A stretch of 64,000 nt of DNA from positions 5,206,740-5,270,739 of the forward strand of contig CM119263.1 of NCBI GenBank assembly GCA_051294375.1. The letters run 5' to 3'. Of this stretch, positions 46,839-58,100 are shown piece by piece. Within the stretch, counting starts at the first letter, position 1. Every line of letters begins with the position of its first letter. The notes under the pieces were generated by a model. The model worked only from the letters and a program-made list of their open reading frames with translations, searched no databases and was not told the DNA's origin. A program made the translations under genes and the position numbers. Source of the stretch: Paraspadella gotoi. Its lineage: Eukaryota > Animalia > Chaetognatha.

Positions 46839-49034
46839 TTATTTTTTTCTGTCCCTAAAATCCCGTCCGTTGAGGACGTCGAAAATATCGTCGAGAGAGA
46901 TTTTGAGACAGTCGAGATAAGCGTGGACGTCGCTGCGTCCCTCGAAGGAGGTGACGTTGCACCCGATCATGTCGTCAATGAGCATGTAACCGATGCCAAA
47001 GCCTTCGGGGACGACGGGAGCGAACCCGCCGATGTCAGCGCCGATGGCGCCGAGAGTCGATGTGGAGAGGACGTTGTGGTGGATGGAGGAGAAGGCGTCG
47101 TCGACGAACAAATCGGGAAGACGATCCGAAGACTCCTCCGCGATCTTTTTCAGTGCAAAGAGATGCCGATCGAATCCCTGACCCATGGCCGCTTCTTTGG
47201 TGAGTCGCGAGTGCTTGGTCGAGCTAGCTTTGATCAGATCGAGGAAATCTCCGACGTCGAGATCGAGCGAAGGGCGGACGAAAGCTTCCGAGCAAGTCTT
47301 AGTCTCCACGGTCCCCGGGCGTAGCGTCTCAGTCCGCCCGTGTCTGAAGGCGGAGGTGGAGCAAGACTCGTAAGTGGCTGTTGTCTTTCCTGTCAATCGA
47401 TAGTAGGCCATTTGAAAGGCCAATTGAAAGAGTCCATCTGGGCTTAGCTTGTGGCCTTTGAGCGAGGCTCGTCCAGCGCCCTCGTGGATAAGGATCCCAG
47501 TCTTCAGCGTCTTCACAGTCTCCAAGTGTTCCCGTAATACGTCGCACAATTCCGCGCGAAGCCACTCATCGGAAAAGAATTCGATTCGCTTGACCGGCAC
47601 TGCGGGGATCCCTGCGGCGTCGCTGGGCACCATTGCCGGCCGTGAATTAGAATCGCCGAAAAGCTCGTTGAAGAAGCGAAGAACGGCGACGCCATCTCCC
47701 CAGGCGTGCTCGAAATTGACGCCGGCTTTGCCGTTGGCGCAGACGATGAGAGATACGCTCTTGTCAAACCATCGATTGACGCCGTCTACTCCGTGGAGGA
47801 AGATGTCGCTGAGGGCGAGGCGCTCGTTGGGCCGCAACTTGCCCTCTTCGAACGGAGTGGCTTCGTCGAGGGAGAGACAAAAGAGCGCCGAGTCGATTTC
47901 ATCCAGAGCGGCTCCGTTTCCAGCGGCGACGAGCGCCTCTCTCGCCCGCGCCCAACGGTCCCGCTCAGAGGTGGTGAAGGCGGCGACGGGGAAGTCGGTC
48001 GGAGGGCGGGGATCGTTCTTGATAGATTTAAGGGCGGCAAAGATCGTAAGAGGATCGTGGATCGATCCGTCGTGATTAAGAATCGGAAGAGAATAAAAAT
48101 GACCTTTTCTTAAAACGATCACGTGACCTCCTTCACCCTTGACGATCTCGTCCTTTCCGATCTTCGGAACGCGAGTCGAGTTGAAGAGATTCCCGTATTG
48201 ACTCATGTCCAGCGGGAAGATTTTGTGGAGGTAGGCGGCGTAAAAGGCGAGCGACTCCGGGCAGAGGCTCAATCGGTGACGAATCTTGGAATTGTCCGTC
48301 CTTCGCGGATTTAAGTGATACATTTCCGGGTCGAGTGTCCCGCGCGTCATCGAGTTGTAGAGACGCGCAGCGCTGACGAGGAAATTGGTGGATCGAACGA
48401 GTTGTTCGTTGCAGGCGACGCCGCCGAGTTGATCCACGAATCCGACGAAGGGGTTGAAGTTTAGCGGAAGAGGTCGGCGATCCTTCAAGTATTCCTCGAA
48501 CCACCAACCACTGATGTACGACGTCTCCTTGTTCCGTTTGTCTCGCGTGATGAGTTTGCGATTGAGCTCAACGCCTTCGCCGGACAAGAACGCCGCTGTC
48601 GCCGTCTTGGTCCGCTCATAGGCGGCGTCGGCGAGCAGAGGGCGTTGCGCCGCCAAGTATCGCTGGCAGGTGTCTTCAAGTCGCGGAATCGGGAGACGCG
48701 GGAGACTCCGCTGGAAATGGAGAGTCGGCAATTCGCTCCTGGGCAAAAAGTTAAAGTCGTCGAGGCGAGAGAGAGCGGCGAGTTTGGCCGCGTCGCGAGT
48801 CACGGGGGAGATTAAGTGTGATGGCGCTGAGGAGTAGGATCGAATTGGCGTGGCAGGAAAGGCGTCTCTCAATGATGACACGAAGCGAGAGAGAGCGGCG
48901 AGTTTGGCCGCGTCGCGCGCCGCATTGGAGATCCAGTGAGATGGCGAGGAGGTTAATGAACGATTGGTAGAAATGCAAATAGCTTCAGACAAAAAGACGT
49001 CCGCCAACAGTTTAGAGTTGAAGGCAAGCTTCAT
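46839..49034 (-). CDS. CPT2: Carnitine palmitoyltransferase 2, intronless
   Basis: PTLHFQRSLPRLPIPRLEDT, TSYISGWW, PLDMSQY, NRWFDKS, NFEHAWGDGVAVLR, TYESCSTSAFRHGRTET, EAAMGQGFDRHLFAL, GGFAPVVPEGFGIGY. Confidence 0.95.
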   Translation of the reverse strand: MKLAFNSKLLADVFLSEAICISTNRSLTSSPSHWISNAARDAAKLAALSRFVSSLRDAFPATPIRSYSSAPSHLISPVTRDAAKLAALSRLDDFNFLPRSELPTLHFQRSLPRLPIPRLEDTCQRYLAAQRPLLADAAYERTKTATAAFLSGEGVELNRKLITRDKRNKETSYISGWWFEEYLKDRRPLPLNFNPFVGFVDQLGGVACNEQLVRSTNFLVSAARLYNSMTRGTLDPEMYHLNPRRTDNSKIRHRLSLCPESLAFYAAYLHKIFPLDMSQYGNLFNSTRVPKIGKDEIVKGEGGHVIVLRKGHFYSLPILNHDGSIHDPLTIFAALKSIKNDPRPPTDFPVAAFTTSERDRWARAREALVAAGNGAALDEIDSALFCLSLDEATPFEEGKLRPNERLALSDIFLHGVDGVNRWFDKSVSLIVCANGKAGVNFEHAWGDGVAVLRFFNELFGDSNSRPAMVPSDAAGIPAVPVKRIEFFSDEWLRAELCDVLREHLETVKTLKTGILIHEGAGRASLKGHKLSPDGLFQLAFQMAYYRLTGKTTATYESCSTSAFRHGRTETLRPGTVETKTCSEAFVRPSLDLDVGDFLDLIKASSTKHSRLTKEAAMGQGFDRHLFALKKIAEESSDRLPDLFVDDAFSSIHHNVLSTSTLGAIGADIGGFAPVVPEGFGIGYMLIDDMIGCNVTSFEGRSDVHAYLDCLKISLDDIFDVLNGRDFRDRKK

Positions 49035-49273
49035 TTTTGTTTTACTAGTAAAGATTAAAGACTAATAAAGATTAAGCTTTCAAATAATTTCAAATAATTT
49101 GCTCCCGATTATTTTTTTTTAATGATTTTTAAGCATTCATTAACTACTTTATTGAGACATCAACAAAACGTTACAGTATTTGAATTTTGTTTAAATCTTA
49201 AAATATTTCAGAGAGAAAAATACAAGCATCATTAAAATAACCAGAAAATAAAAAAAATAGAATAAAAGGTTAT

Positions 49274-50188
49274 TCAAGTGTCGAATGTAAATCTCATAAT
49301 CTTCTCGTCCCACACGGGATTCCTCGTATCGATCGGTTCCTTCATCGATTTCTCCTTCAAAAAAGCTTCGCCGCTTTTTTTCACCAAGAGGACAGTCTGC
49401 GTTCTCGTGCCGAAGACGGGCGTACGGACGAAGATGGCGGCGAGTCTCCGAAGGACGGCCTCGCCCTCTTCCGGTCCGAGATTACCGTAGTTTTTCAAAT
49501 TGACGCCCTCGCGAATCATGGGGTCGTCGTACTCGCGATCGGAACTCAAGACTGAAAACATTTCCGCGACTAAATCCTCTTCGTCTTCGAAATCATGATC
49601 TCGGAGACGAGACTCGAAGGCTGCAGAGCAGTCGGCCACTTTGAGAAGAGGCTTTTCGAAGGCAGAATTGGAAAAGGCCAGGATTTGACTCGTGCCAGAG
49701 ACGGTAAAGGATTTGGCCTTGTTGCTCCAGTAATTCAAGTTCCAGCTCAAGCCGGAGGTCGGACCCGCCTTCTCAGGGGCTTCGAGAGTGATGAGCTGGA
49801 ACCCGGGGTACCGTTCGGCGTCGGCCTCAAGCCCGGCTTTAATCACGTGATCGGTGGCGTAGAGATCTGACTTTAAATAATCCGACACGAGATGACCCCG
49901 ACCGAGAGTACCTACCGGGTTCTGTTCGGGAATGTTGACGAGGACTCCGACCTTTCTCCTTCGCCGCGATACTCCTAGCCAAGTCCCACCTTCTTTGCCC
50001 GGAGTGGCGTCCGTGCCGCCGAGGCAGTCCGACGCATCGGAGTCCCAGTGGTGGACGGGCAGAGCTGGTCGGTCGTACCGCTCGTCCCGATTACTGGCCA
50101 TAATCAAGGAATAAACGTTGAGATCGAAACCGCGACCTGACAAGTTTTTTTTAAGCGAAGGATTCATCCACAAGACTAGGAAACACAT
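49274..50188 (-). CDS. TANGO2: TANGO2 (NRDE family), intronless
   Basis: N-terminal MC, ASNRDERYDRP, GGTWLG, GRGHLV.DYL, LSN/FSN, FGTRTQTVLLV. Confidence 0.92.
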   Translation of the reverse strand: MCFLVLWMNPSLKKNLSGRGFDLNVYSLIMASNRDERYDRPALPVHHWDSDASDCLGGTDATPGKEGGTWLGVSRRRRKVGVLVNIPEQNPVGTLGRGHLVSDYLKSDLYATDHVIKAGLEADAERYPGFQLITLEAPEKAGPTSGLSWNLNYWSNKAKSFTVSGTSQILAFSNSAFEKPLLKVADCSAAFESRLRDHDFEDEEDLVAEMFSVLSSDREYDDPMIREGVNLKNYGNLGPEEGEAVLRRLAAIFVRTPVFGTRTQTVLLVKKSGEAFLKEKSMKEPIDTRNPVWDEKIMRFTFDT

Positions 50189-50370
50189 TTTTTATATTCT
50201 TTCACTCTTTTTCCTTCACTTTCCTTCGCCGATCGAAAGGGACCTGCCTTTTCACAGAACGCAAAGCGAGTAAAATAATAAATAAGTTGATGGCAAAAAA
50301 CGCAATCGATGCTACATCTAAGGCGAACGAATTGGGAGGGACTCGGGCTCTCTCTCGCTCTCCCTTTCAC

Positions 50371-51273
50371 TCAGTGTCCCGTGTGTTTCCTCCTTTGTAT
50401 TTGCACGCGTTGAAATCCCGCGCGCGCGTTCATCCTCATGATCGCCATCGGAGTCTTGGTGCGAATCTTGACGTCCTTTAGCAGTTGGGACTTGAGACAA
50501 GGAAACAAGTCGATGAAGTGATCCAAGCTTTTGAAGAAAAAGAGTTTGGCCTCTGGCCCGTCGAGCGGATAAGGCGAAGCGTAAGCGACCTCTTTACCAA
50601 AGTCGTAGAGGAGAGAATTGAAGAGACGATACTCGACAGTGCCTTTCTCGAAAAGCGGGAGGGGATTCTGCACGTTCTTAAGATACTCCATCTTGACGCT
50701 GGGGAGATTCAGAGCGTCTACGTCGGAGACAAAGGGGTGGTCGTCTTCGGACAATGAGCCCAAAGCGAAGGCGTGACAGTTGAGTTTGTTTTGACTCCAG
50801 CGTCGCGGAGTTCGATCCGAATCTTCTTCCCTGACGTTGACGACGCAGCGGGGCGATTCTCCGCGTCGCCGCTTCGACTCGACGTCTACTCCGCCATTCA
50901 GCTTCCGTTTTAGTCTCGGTTTGACGTCAACCGCGTCGTTTTTCTCCACCGCCAACGACGAGAGGTCAAAGTTGACTTCCGGTTGGAAAATCTCTTGTTC
51001 GACGGGAGCGAGGTCGGTGACGTTGTAGCGCGTCTCCGTCTCTAGATCGACAACGACGTCGTTGCCAAGCGGACCCAGGCCTCCGCGCGCGTAGTCTTCC
51101 AGCAGATGGCGAGAACCACAGAGCTGACGGCCGTCGCGATTCTCCAACACCAGCAAGAGATGGAGGTCGGTGAGGGCCGTGAGTTTGGAGGCGAACTCCA
51201 TCACGATGGAGGAGATGTTGGTCTCCAAGTTGTTCATCTGCGTCACGAGATCCAAAATATTTTGAGTCGACAT
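50371..51273 (-). CDS. Orphan family paralog 2, intronless
   Basis: Long ORF with coding-like composition; clear homology to the 51391-52362 protein at both ends. Confidence 0.8.
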   Translation of the reverse strand: MSTQNILDLVTQMNNLETNISSIVMEFASKLTALTDLHLLLVLENRDGRQLCGSRHLLEDYARGGLGPLGNDVVVDLETETRYNVTDLAPVEQEIFQPEVNFDLSSLAVEKNDAVDVKPRLKRKLNGGVDVESKRRRGESPRCVVNVREEDSDRTPRRWSQNKLNCHAFALGSLSEDDHPFVSDVDALNLPSVKMEYLKNVQNPLPLFEKGTVEYRLFNSLLYDFGKEVAYASPYPLDGPEAKLFFFKSLDHFIDLFPCLKSQLLKDVKIRTKTPMAIMRMNARAGFQRVQIQRRKHTGH

Positions 51274-51390
51274 TATTTGTTTCGTCTTAAATCTCGAATT
51301 CTGCGTAGAAAAAACAAGAAAAATATTCAAAATAAACACAAACTGATTCAAAATTAAAAAAAAAAAGTATGCGATGGGCTTTTTTAAATT

Positions 51391-52362
51391 TCATAAATTG
51401 TACTTTTTCTTCTTGTCAAAGACGGAATTGAATCCGGCCCTGGCGTTGTTCTTCAAATGGGCCTCGGCCGTCTTTTTGGCGATTCTAATCTTGGAGATGA
51501 GTTCTGGTTTCAGCGAAGGAAAGAGAGAAAGAAAATTCTTAAAATTGTGATGAAAGAAGATTTTGGCTTTGACTCCATCGTCAACGTGAGGGCAGACGTA
51601 GGCCAACTCTTTACCAAAGTCGTAAAGGATCGAGTTCATGAGTTTAAACTCGACAGATTCGCGTTGGAAGATGATGTTTGGGTCGCCCACCGTCTGCAGT
51701 ACCTCGATCTTTTTGAAGGGCAGGTTGAGGTTGCGCACGTTGAGCGAAAAGGCGTCGACGACTTCGGGCGAGACGGGCGGCCCGAAGTCCATATCGGTTC
51801 CGACGCCACCAGAGTAAACGGCCATCTGCCCGGAGCCGGGGTCGAGTTCCTCGTCGGGCGCGGGGAAGACGCTCTCCACGAAGCAAACGTCGTCTTCGTC
51901 GTCTTGGCTGCGAAAGTCTTCGTCAAGAGAAGCGCGAGTTCGTTTGGCGGCGACGGCCGCTTCCTGCCGCTTCGATTTACGCTTCAGCGCAGAGGGCGGC
52001 GGCTTTAGATCCTCGGCAGCCGCCTCAGCCGCAGCTTCCTCCTCCTCGTCGCCAAATTCGCAAGAGAGATCGAGCGGCGCGTAGGTGGCCGTCTCATCGA
52101 CGCCGGAAAAGTCGAGACCTTCGCTCGGCTTCAAGTGGACGAGCTGATCCGAGTCGGCGCCGCGGAGATTCCCGTGGGCGTAGTCTTCGACGAGACGTCG
52201 GGATCCGCATAGTTTCCGTCCTTCTTTGTTCTCGAGGATAATGAGGAGTTTGGAATCGATGAGGGTAGAGAGGCGGGTAGCGAATTCAAACACCACATTG
52301 CTGATGGTCGATTCGAAGTCGTTGAGGTGCGTCATCAGTTGAAGGAGATTGTGAGAAGACAT
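51391..52362 (-). CDS. Orphan family paralog 3, intronless
   Basis: Tandem paralog of 50371-51273; acidic linker with NLS-like KRKSKR. Confidence 0.8.
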   Translation of the reverse strand: MSSHNLLQLMTHLNDFESTISNVVFEFATRLSTLIDSKLLIILENKEGRKLCGSRRLVEDYAHGNLRGADSDQLVHLKPSEGLDFSGVDETATYAPLDLSCEFGDEEEEAAAEAAAEDLKPPPSALKRKSKRQEAAVAAKRTRASLDEDFRSQDDEDDVCFVESVFPAPDEELDPGSGQMAVYSGGVGTDMDFGPPVSPEVVDAFSLNVRNLNLPFKKIEVLQTVGDPNIIFQRESVEFKLMNSILYDFGKELAYVCPHVDDGVKAKIFFHHNFKNFLSLFPSLKPELISKIRIAKKTAEAHLKNNARAGFNSVFDKKKKYNL

Positions 52363-52477
52363 CCTCGACAAGATAGTGATGTAAAATACAAAATATTTCA
52401 GATCATATAAGTTAAAACGCTTTTACGCGATGCCTTCACGATTCCTTCCCCCTGGAAATATTTAAAAGAAACTGTTT

Positions 52478-53640
<1,163 letters not shown>

Positions 53641-53710
53641 AACTTTTTAGTTTCTGAAGGTCATCACCTTATGTTTTCAGACTGTAAAATTTGAAAAAAA
53701 AAATAGTTAA

Positions 53711-54880
53711 CTATCTAGGAAAAAAGAATATCACATAATTGTTGAAAAGTGCATTTATTCAATAAAAAATATACAAAATATGGGCAAAACATTTTCAATA
53801 TTTGGTATGCCCTTCCTCGGCATCGATTATTGTCTACATTCGTCAGGGCATGCTCTCGTACAGCGAATTGAGGTATGACGGTAAAATGTTTTTCCACACT
53901 ATTAATGCAATTTTTTTCAGCCCCGCTACCGATGTTATGCGTCTTTCCCTCTTTTCTGAGAGCTACAATGTCATCTTTAATCTTTATGAACCAAAGAGAG
54001 GTGCGGTGTCTTTGGCATTCCCAAATAAAAAAAACAAAAAATGAGGTACCCCTTTTTTGTGACCAGAATCTGTTCCCACCAAACCTACCGGATCGAATTT
54101 CATAAAATTTTACATTTAATGTTCAAATGACGATAAAAATGGAATTATCGAGGCGAATTTTAATATTCAACCCCTGTCAGGGGCCCTGACAAGAGATACA
54201 GGGCCCTGGGGCTGGACCCCTGTGGGGCCAAAAAGGCTATTTTTAAAAAAAATTTTATAATTTTTTAATAGAATCAGGTTTATCGATGTCTTAAACATAT
54301 AAAAATGTTTTTTTTAAATTATTAATTTTTTTTCTAATTAATCGGTGTTTGAAGATGCATGGTTTATCGTTTTTCTCTCTATTTTCCCGAATTATTCTAA
54401 ATCTGACATGAATCGCTGATGTTCATGAAGCTGAAACTTGAATAAACTAATATTTTTGTGGAAATAAATACGTTTTTGTGGAAGAGTAAAAGCTGGGATA
54501 ACTGATTCCAAAAAAAAAAAAAAAAAAATCAAAAAAAAATTTTCGAACATTTTTTGCCTTTATGGGTGACCCCTACCGGGCCCCATATCTTGGCTCAGGG
54601 GAAATATTGAAATTCGCCTCGATATTTTATTTTGTATTCACATAAGGATCGTTCATACCAAATTTAATTAAAACCTATTAAATAGTTTTCTCGGAACGTG
54701 TTCTGGTCACAAAAAAAAGGTACCTCATTTTATAATATGAAGCCTTCTGTATAATTTTTTTCGCCATTTTTCACTTGAGGAAGAGATCTTTTTTTGCCTC
54801 TAACTTCTAAACGATTTGACCTATAAAAAATCAAGTAGATATTCTTCACTAAAAATGTGATATACTTTTTTCCTAGATAG
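53711..54880. mobile_element. CTATCTAG-family MITE with a nested CAGAAGGC-family MITE (~54037-54749, left end truncated)
   Basis: Outer ends match 13574-14046 in reverse; the inner segment matches 44585-45226. Confidence 0.75.
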
Positions 54881-55192
54881 TATATAATATCACTGAAGGA
54901 CATCAATTTTAAAAAATTACATAGTATCTTAAAACCTAATAAAAAATCTGTACTAGTTTAATTAGGCATCCACAAGTCGCCAGGAAAGTGATGATCTAAC
55001 GACTGGACAGACAGTCAAAACCCGGAATGTTTAATCAAACGCGTTGGATTCTTTCTATTAAGAATTCTTAAAAGCACCAATAAAACTTAAAAGGCTCTAG
55101 ATCCAAATGTAATTTCCCACACGAAATTGGAGTTAATAAGTTAAAACTCGTGGCTCGTCCAAGACCCACACACAAATCGACGAGATCTCCTA

Positions 55193-58100
55193 TCACGTGC
55201 AGGAGCAGTCGACCAAGTTGACGGAGGAGAGGAGGTCATGTTCCAAACTCCCCAAAGGATGGAGGCGAATCTTCATCTCTTCGAAATCCTTCTGAATGTC
55301 CTCCACTTTGGTCGGATGACAGACGACGGCGGTTCGAGTCTGCGCGGGATCGAAGAGCGGACTCAGGAGTCGCTTGCCGACCGCGAGGACGTCCTCCACC
55401 GTCACTTCCGAAATTAGGCTCAAGAGTCGTTTGCTGCGGGAAGAAAATATACAGGAATAAAATTTTTTTTCCTATTAATTATACTATTGTACTATTCTAA
55501 TATTTTAGAATGTAATCATGATCATTTAGTTATTCCTTAAATAACCCCGATGGACGTGAAAGTTTTCTAAGCAACATCGCCATACTTGTAAGTATGCGGA
55601 ACTCCTCTAAAATATGTGAGAATTGATTCTTCTGCTGCGTCGGACACAGTCTTTTCTTCTTCGATGACTTCGAAGACGAGAGATGATTTCGCCGCCTCGA
55701 ATTCCGTCTCGTCCACCTCTTCATCGCCTGAAGGAAAATATTATTAAATAGATAAAAAGTTGTTTAATTTATCAAATAAGCACAATTAATATCCCTAACC
55801 AGAAAGAAGGGATTCGGTGATGAGTTTAGCTTCTTTATAAGCGTTGGCCAGATGAGTGGACTTGTGCAGGTTGAAGTAAAGCAAACCCTGTTCCACGTTT
55901 ACCGAGATGGAATAATGATAGGCGAGACCCTGGCCACGGATTTGCCGCCACATGGGGCCTTCCAACTGAACCAGAGATTTGGGGAAAAGTCTTCGATTTT
56001 TGTATTTTTTCCTCTCGCAGATGTTGGACATTTACTTCTAACAAATTAGATTTTAGCTCTTTCTTTCTATGCATTTAGACAAACCTGAGTAAGGTACTGA
56101 ATGATAACCATAAGAGGCGCCAGGTCCGGGTGATCGTGCGTCACTAACGAGGCAGTCGAAGTCGCCGAGTAGGAGGATTCAACGGAACCAACTCCCATGA
56201 TGGCGTTGTTGATGCGGGCCGGTTCGTTTTGAGCCTGAGAATAATCATTAAATAAATAAATGAATCAATTAATTATTAATTAATTAATCAAATCGGTGCC
56301 GCGAACGACTCGCCTCTGCATTGAACGGCTTCAATCGCTTGGAAGTGGGTACGACCGTCGCGCGTTCGAATCCGACGCTCGACGTTGGCCAGTCTTTGGC
56401 GAAGTGTTTTGTGAGAGGAAGATCCTCGGTGGGAAGGACTTTTGCCAGGCGTTGGACGTCACCTGATAAACATCAAGGAAAAAGAGATAAGAACCAAAAA
56501 TCCATGCGAGCGAAATAATGACACAATCAAGCAGGCAAAAAAATCTAACCGGCAAAATGCACAATGACGTCATTACTAAAGACGTCGGCCAAACGTTTAA
56601 GATCGTTCAAGACGCTTCCGCTTTTTTCCGATTCGATCTTTTCCAAAACTTCTTTAAGGAAGACGTGTTGACGCATGAAGGAGGTAAACCAGTGGTTGCT
56701 TTTTTGTGTGAAGGTCAAATTTCTCGTGATAGCGCGAAGAACTGCGGTGCCTGGAATCGTCAGAATTAGTTTACGTTTATATAACTATATACAGCTTTTT
56801 TTCGATCATATCATTTACGTCAGTTATCTATTTTCATGGCTGTTCTGGCTGTGATGTTTGAGCTGTTTAACTTACAGTCTTACAACCTTCAAAACCTATT
56901 TAAATTCCACAATCCAAATAAACCTTTGCGTTTGGCCGTTGGAACTTCGTTGATCAATTTAGTAGCGACGGTTTTAACTCTTTCTTCGTTGAAATGAAGA
57001 TGAAATAAAAGATCCTTTAGCCAATTAACGCCGACGACGAATTTGGCCTCTTCCACCTTCAAGGAGACGATCGCCAGATCCGGGAACTCCCCAGGGGCGA
57101 AGTCGTATCCGCTGAAGCCCAACGATCCACCGTAGTGTACCTGGGAGTGAATGGAAAATTGATTCTCACGGTCGTTGCAAAATAATCTTTGGATAAATTA
57201 AATCTCCTAAACTCATTTACATATTTGCAGTATTGAAACTTCAACCGCCCCATTTTTGTTAATTCACCTCTCATATAGTAACTAAAAAAGTTTCAGGATC
57301 CTCAATCCTCACTCCTCACCGTGTCCCTCGACAAATCCGCGATGACCGTCGTGTGAGGAATCACAGTTTTTTCCTCCGTCGCGACTCAAATTAGTTTCGA
57401 AGACAAGGTTGAGAAAAAGAGGAAGGTAGAATTTCAGACGAGGCTCAATGTCTGTAGGGTATAACATTTTTAAAATTCAATATATATATATATATATATA
57501 CTGGCATACTAAATATTATTCAACTCAAACCTTTCGTGTCGACGATGGCGGAAAAACTGACGAACTTAGATTTGATGGAATCGAGTTGGAAGGCGAATGG
57601 AATTTCCTCGAGGCGAAACTCGACCAGAGTGTCGAGAGCGTCGGTCGCGGCATCGCCGTGTCGAGGCCCGAAGTTGCGGCGCTGCTGCAGAGAATGAAAT
57701 TGGATAGAGTCGACGGAAGGGATGGGGACTGACTCCAGCATCTCCGTCGGAGGCTCCTCTTCGTTTTGCTCCACCGCTTCTTCCAACTCTTCCTTCTTGA
57801 GCGCCAGGCCGTCTTCGCCTGGAAATCATGGGAAGAATCTATCAATGCTCCATCAAAAAAACAGCAATATGCAAACGAGATTAGATGAATCAAAACTCAA
57901 AAGAAAAGACGACCTAAATCCCAAAAAACGACAAGGACCGACCGACCTAGTTTCTTTCTCTGCCTCTCCACGCGCGCCTTCTCCTCGGCCCCCATCTTCT
58001 CCATTAATTTCTTGCTGGGTTTCCCCAAAATCGTGACGGAACTTCGTGACAGCAAAAAGTCTCTAAGGAGCTTTTGCCAAAAGGAAGCGGGTTCGGTTTC

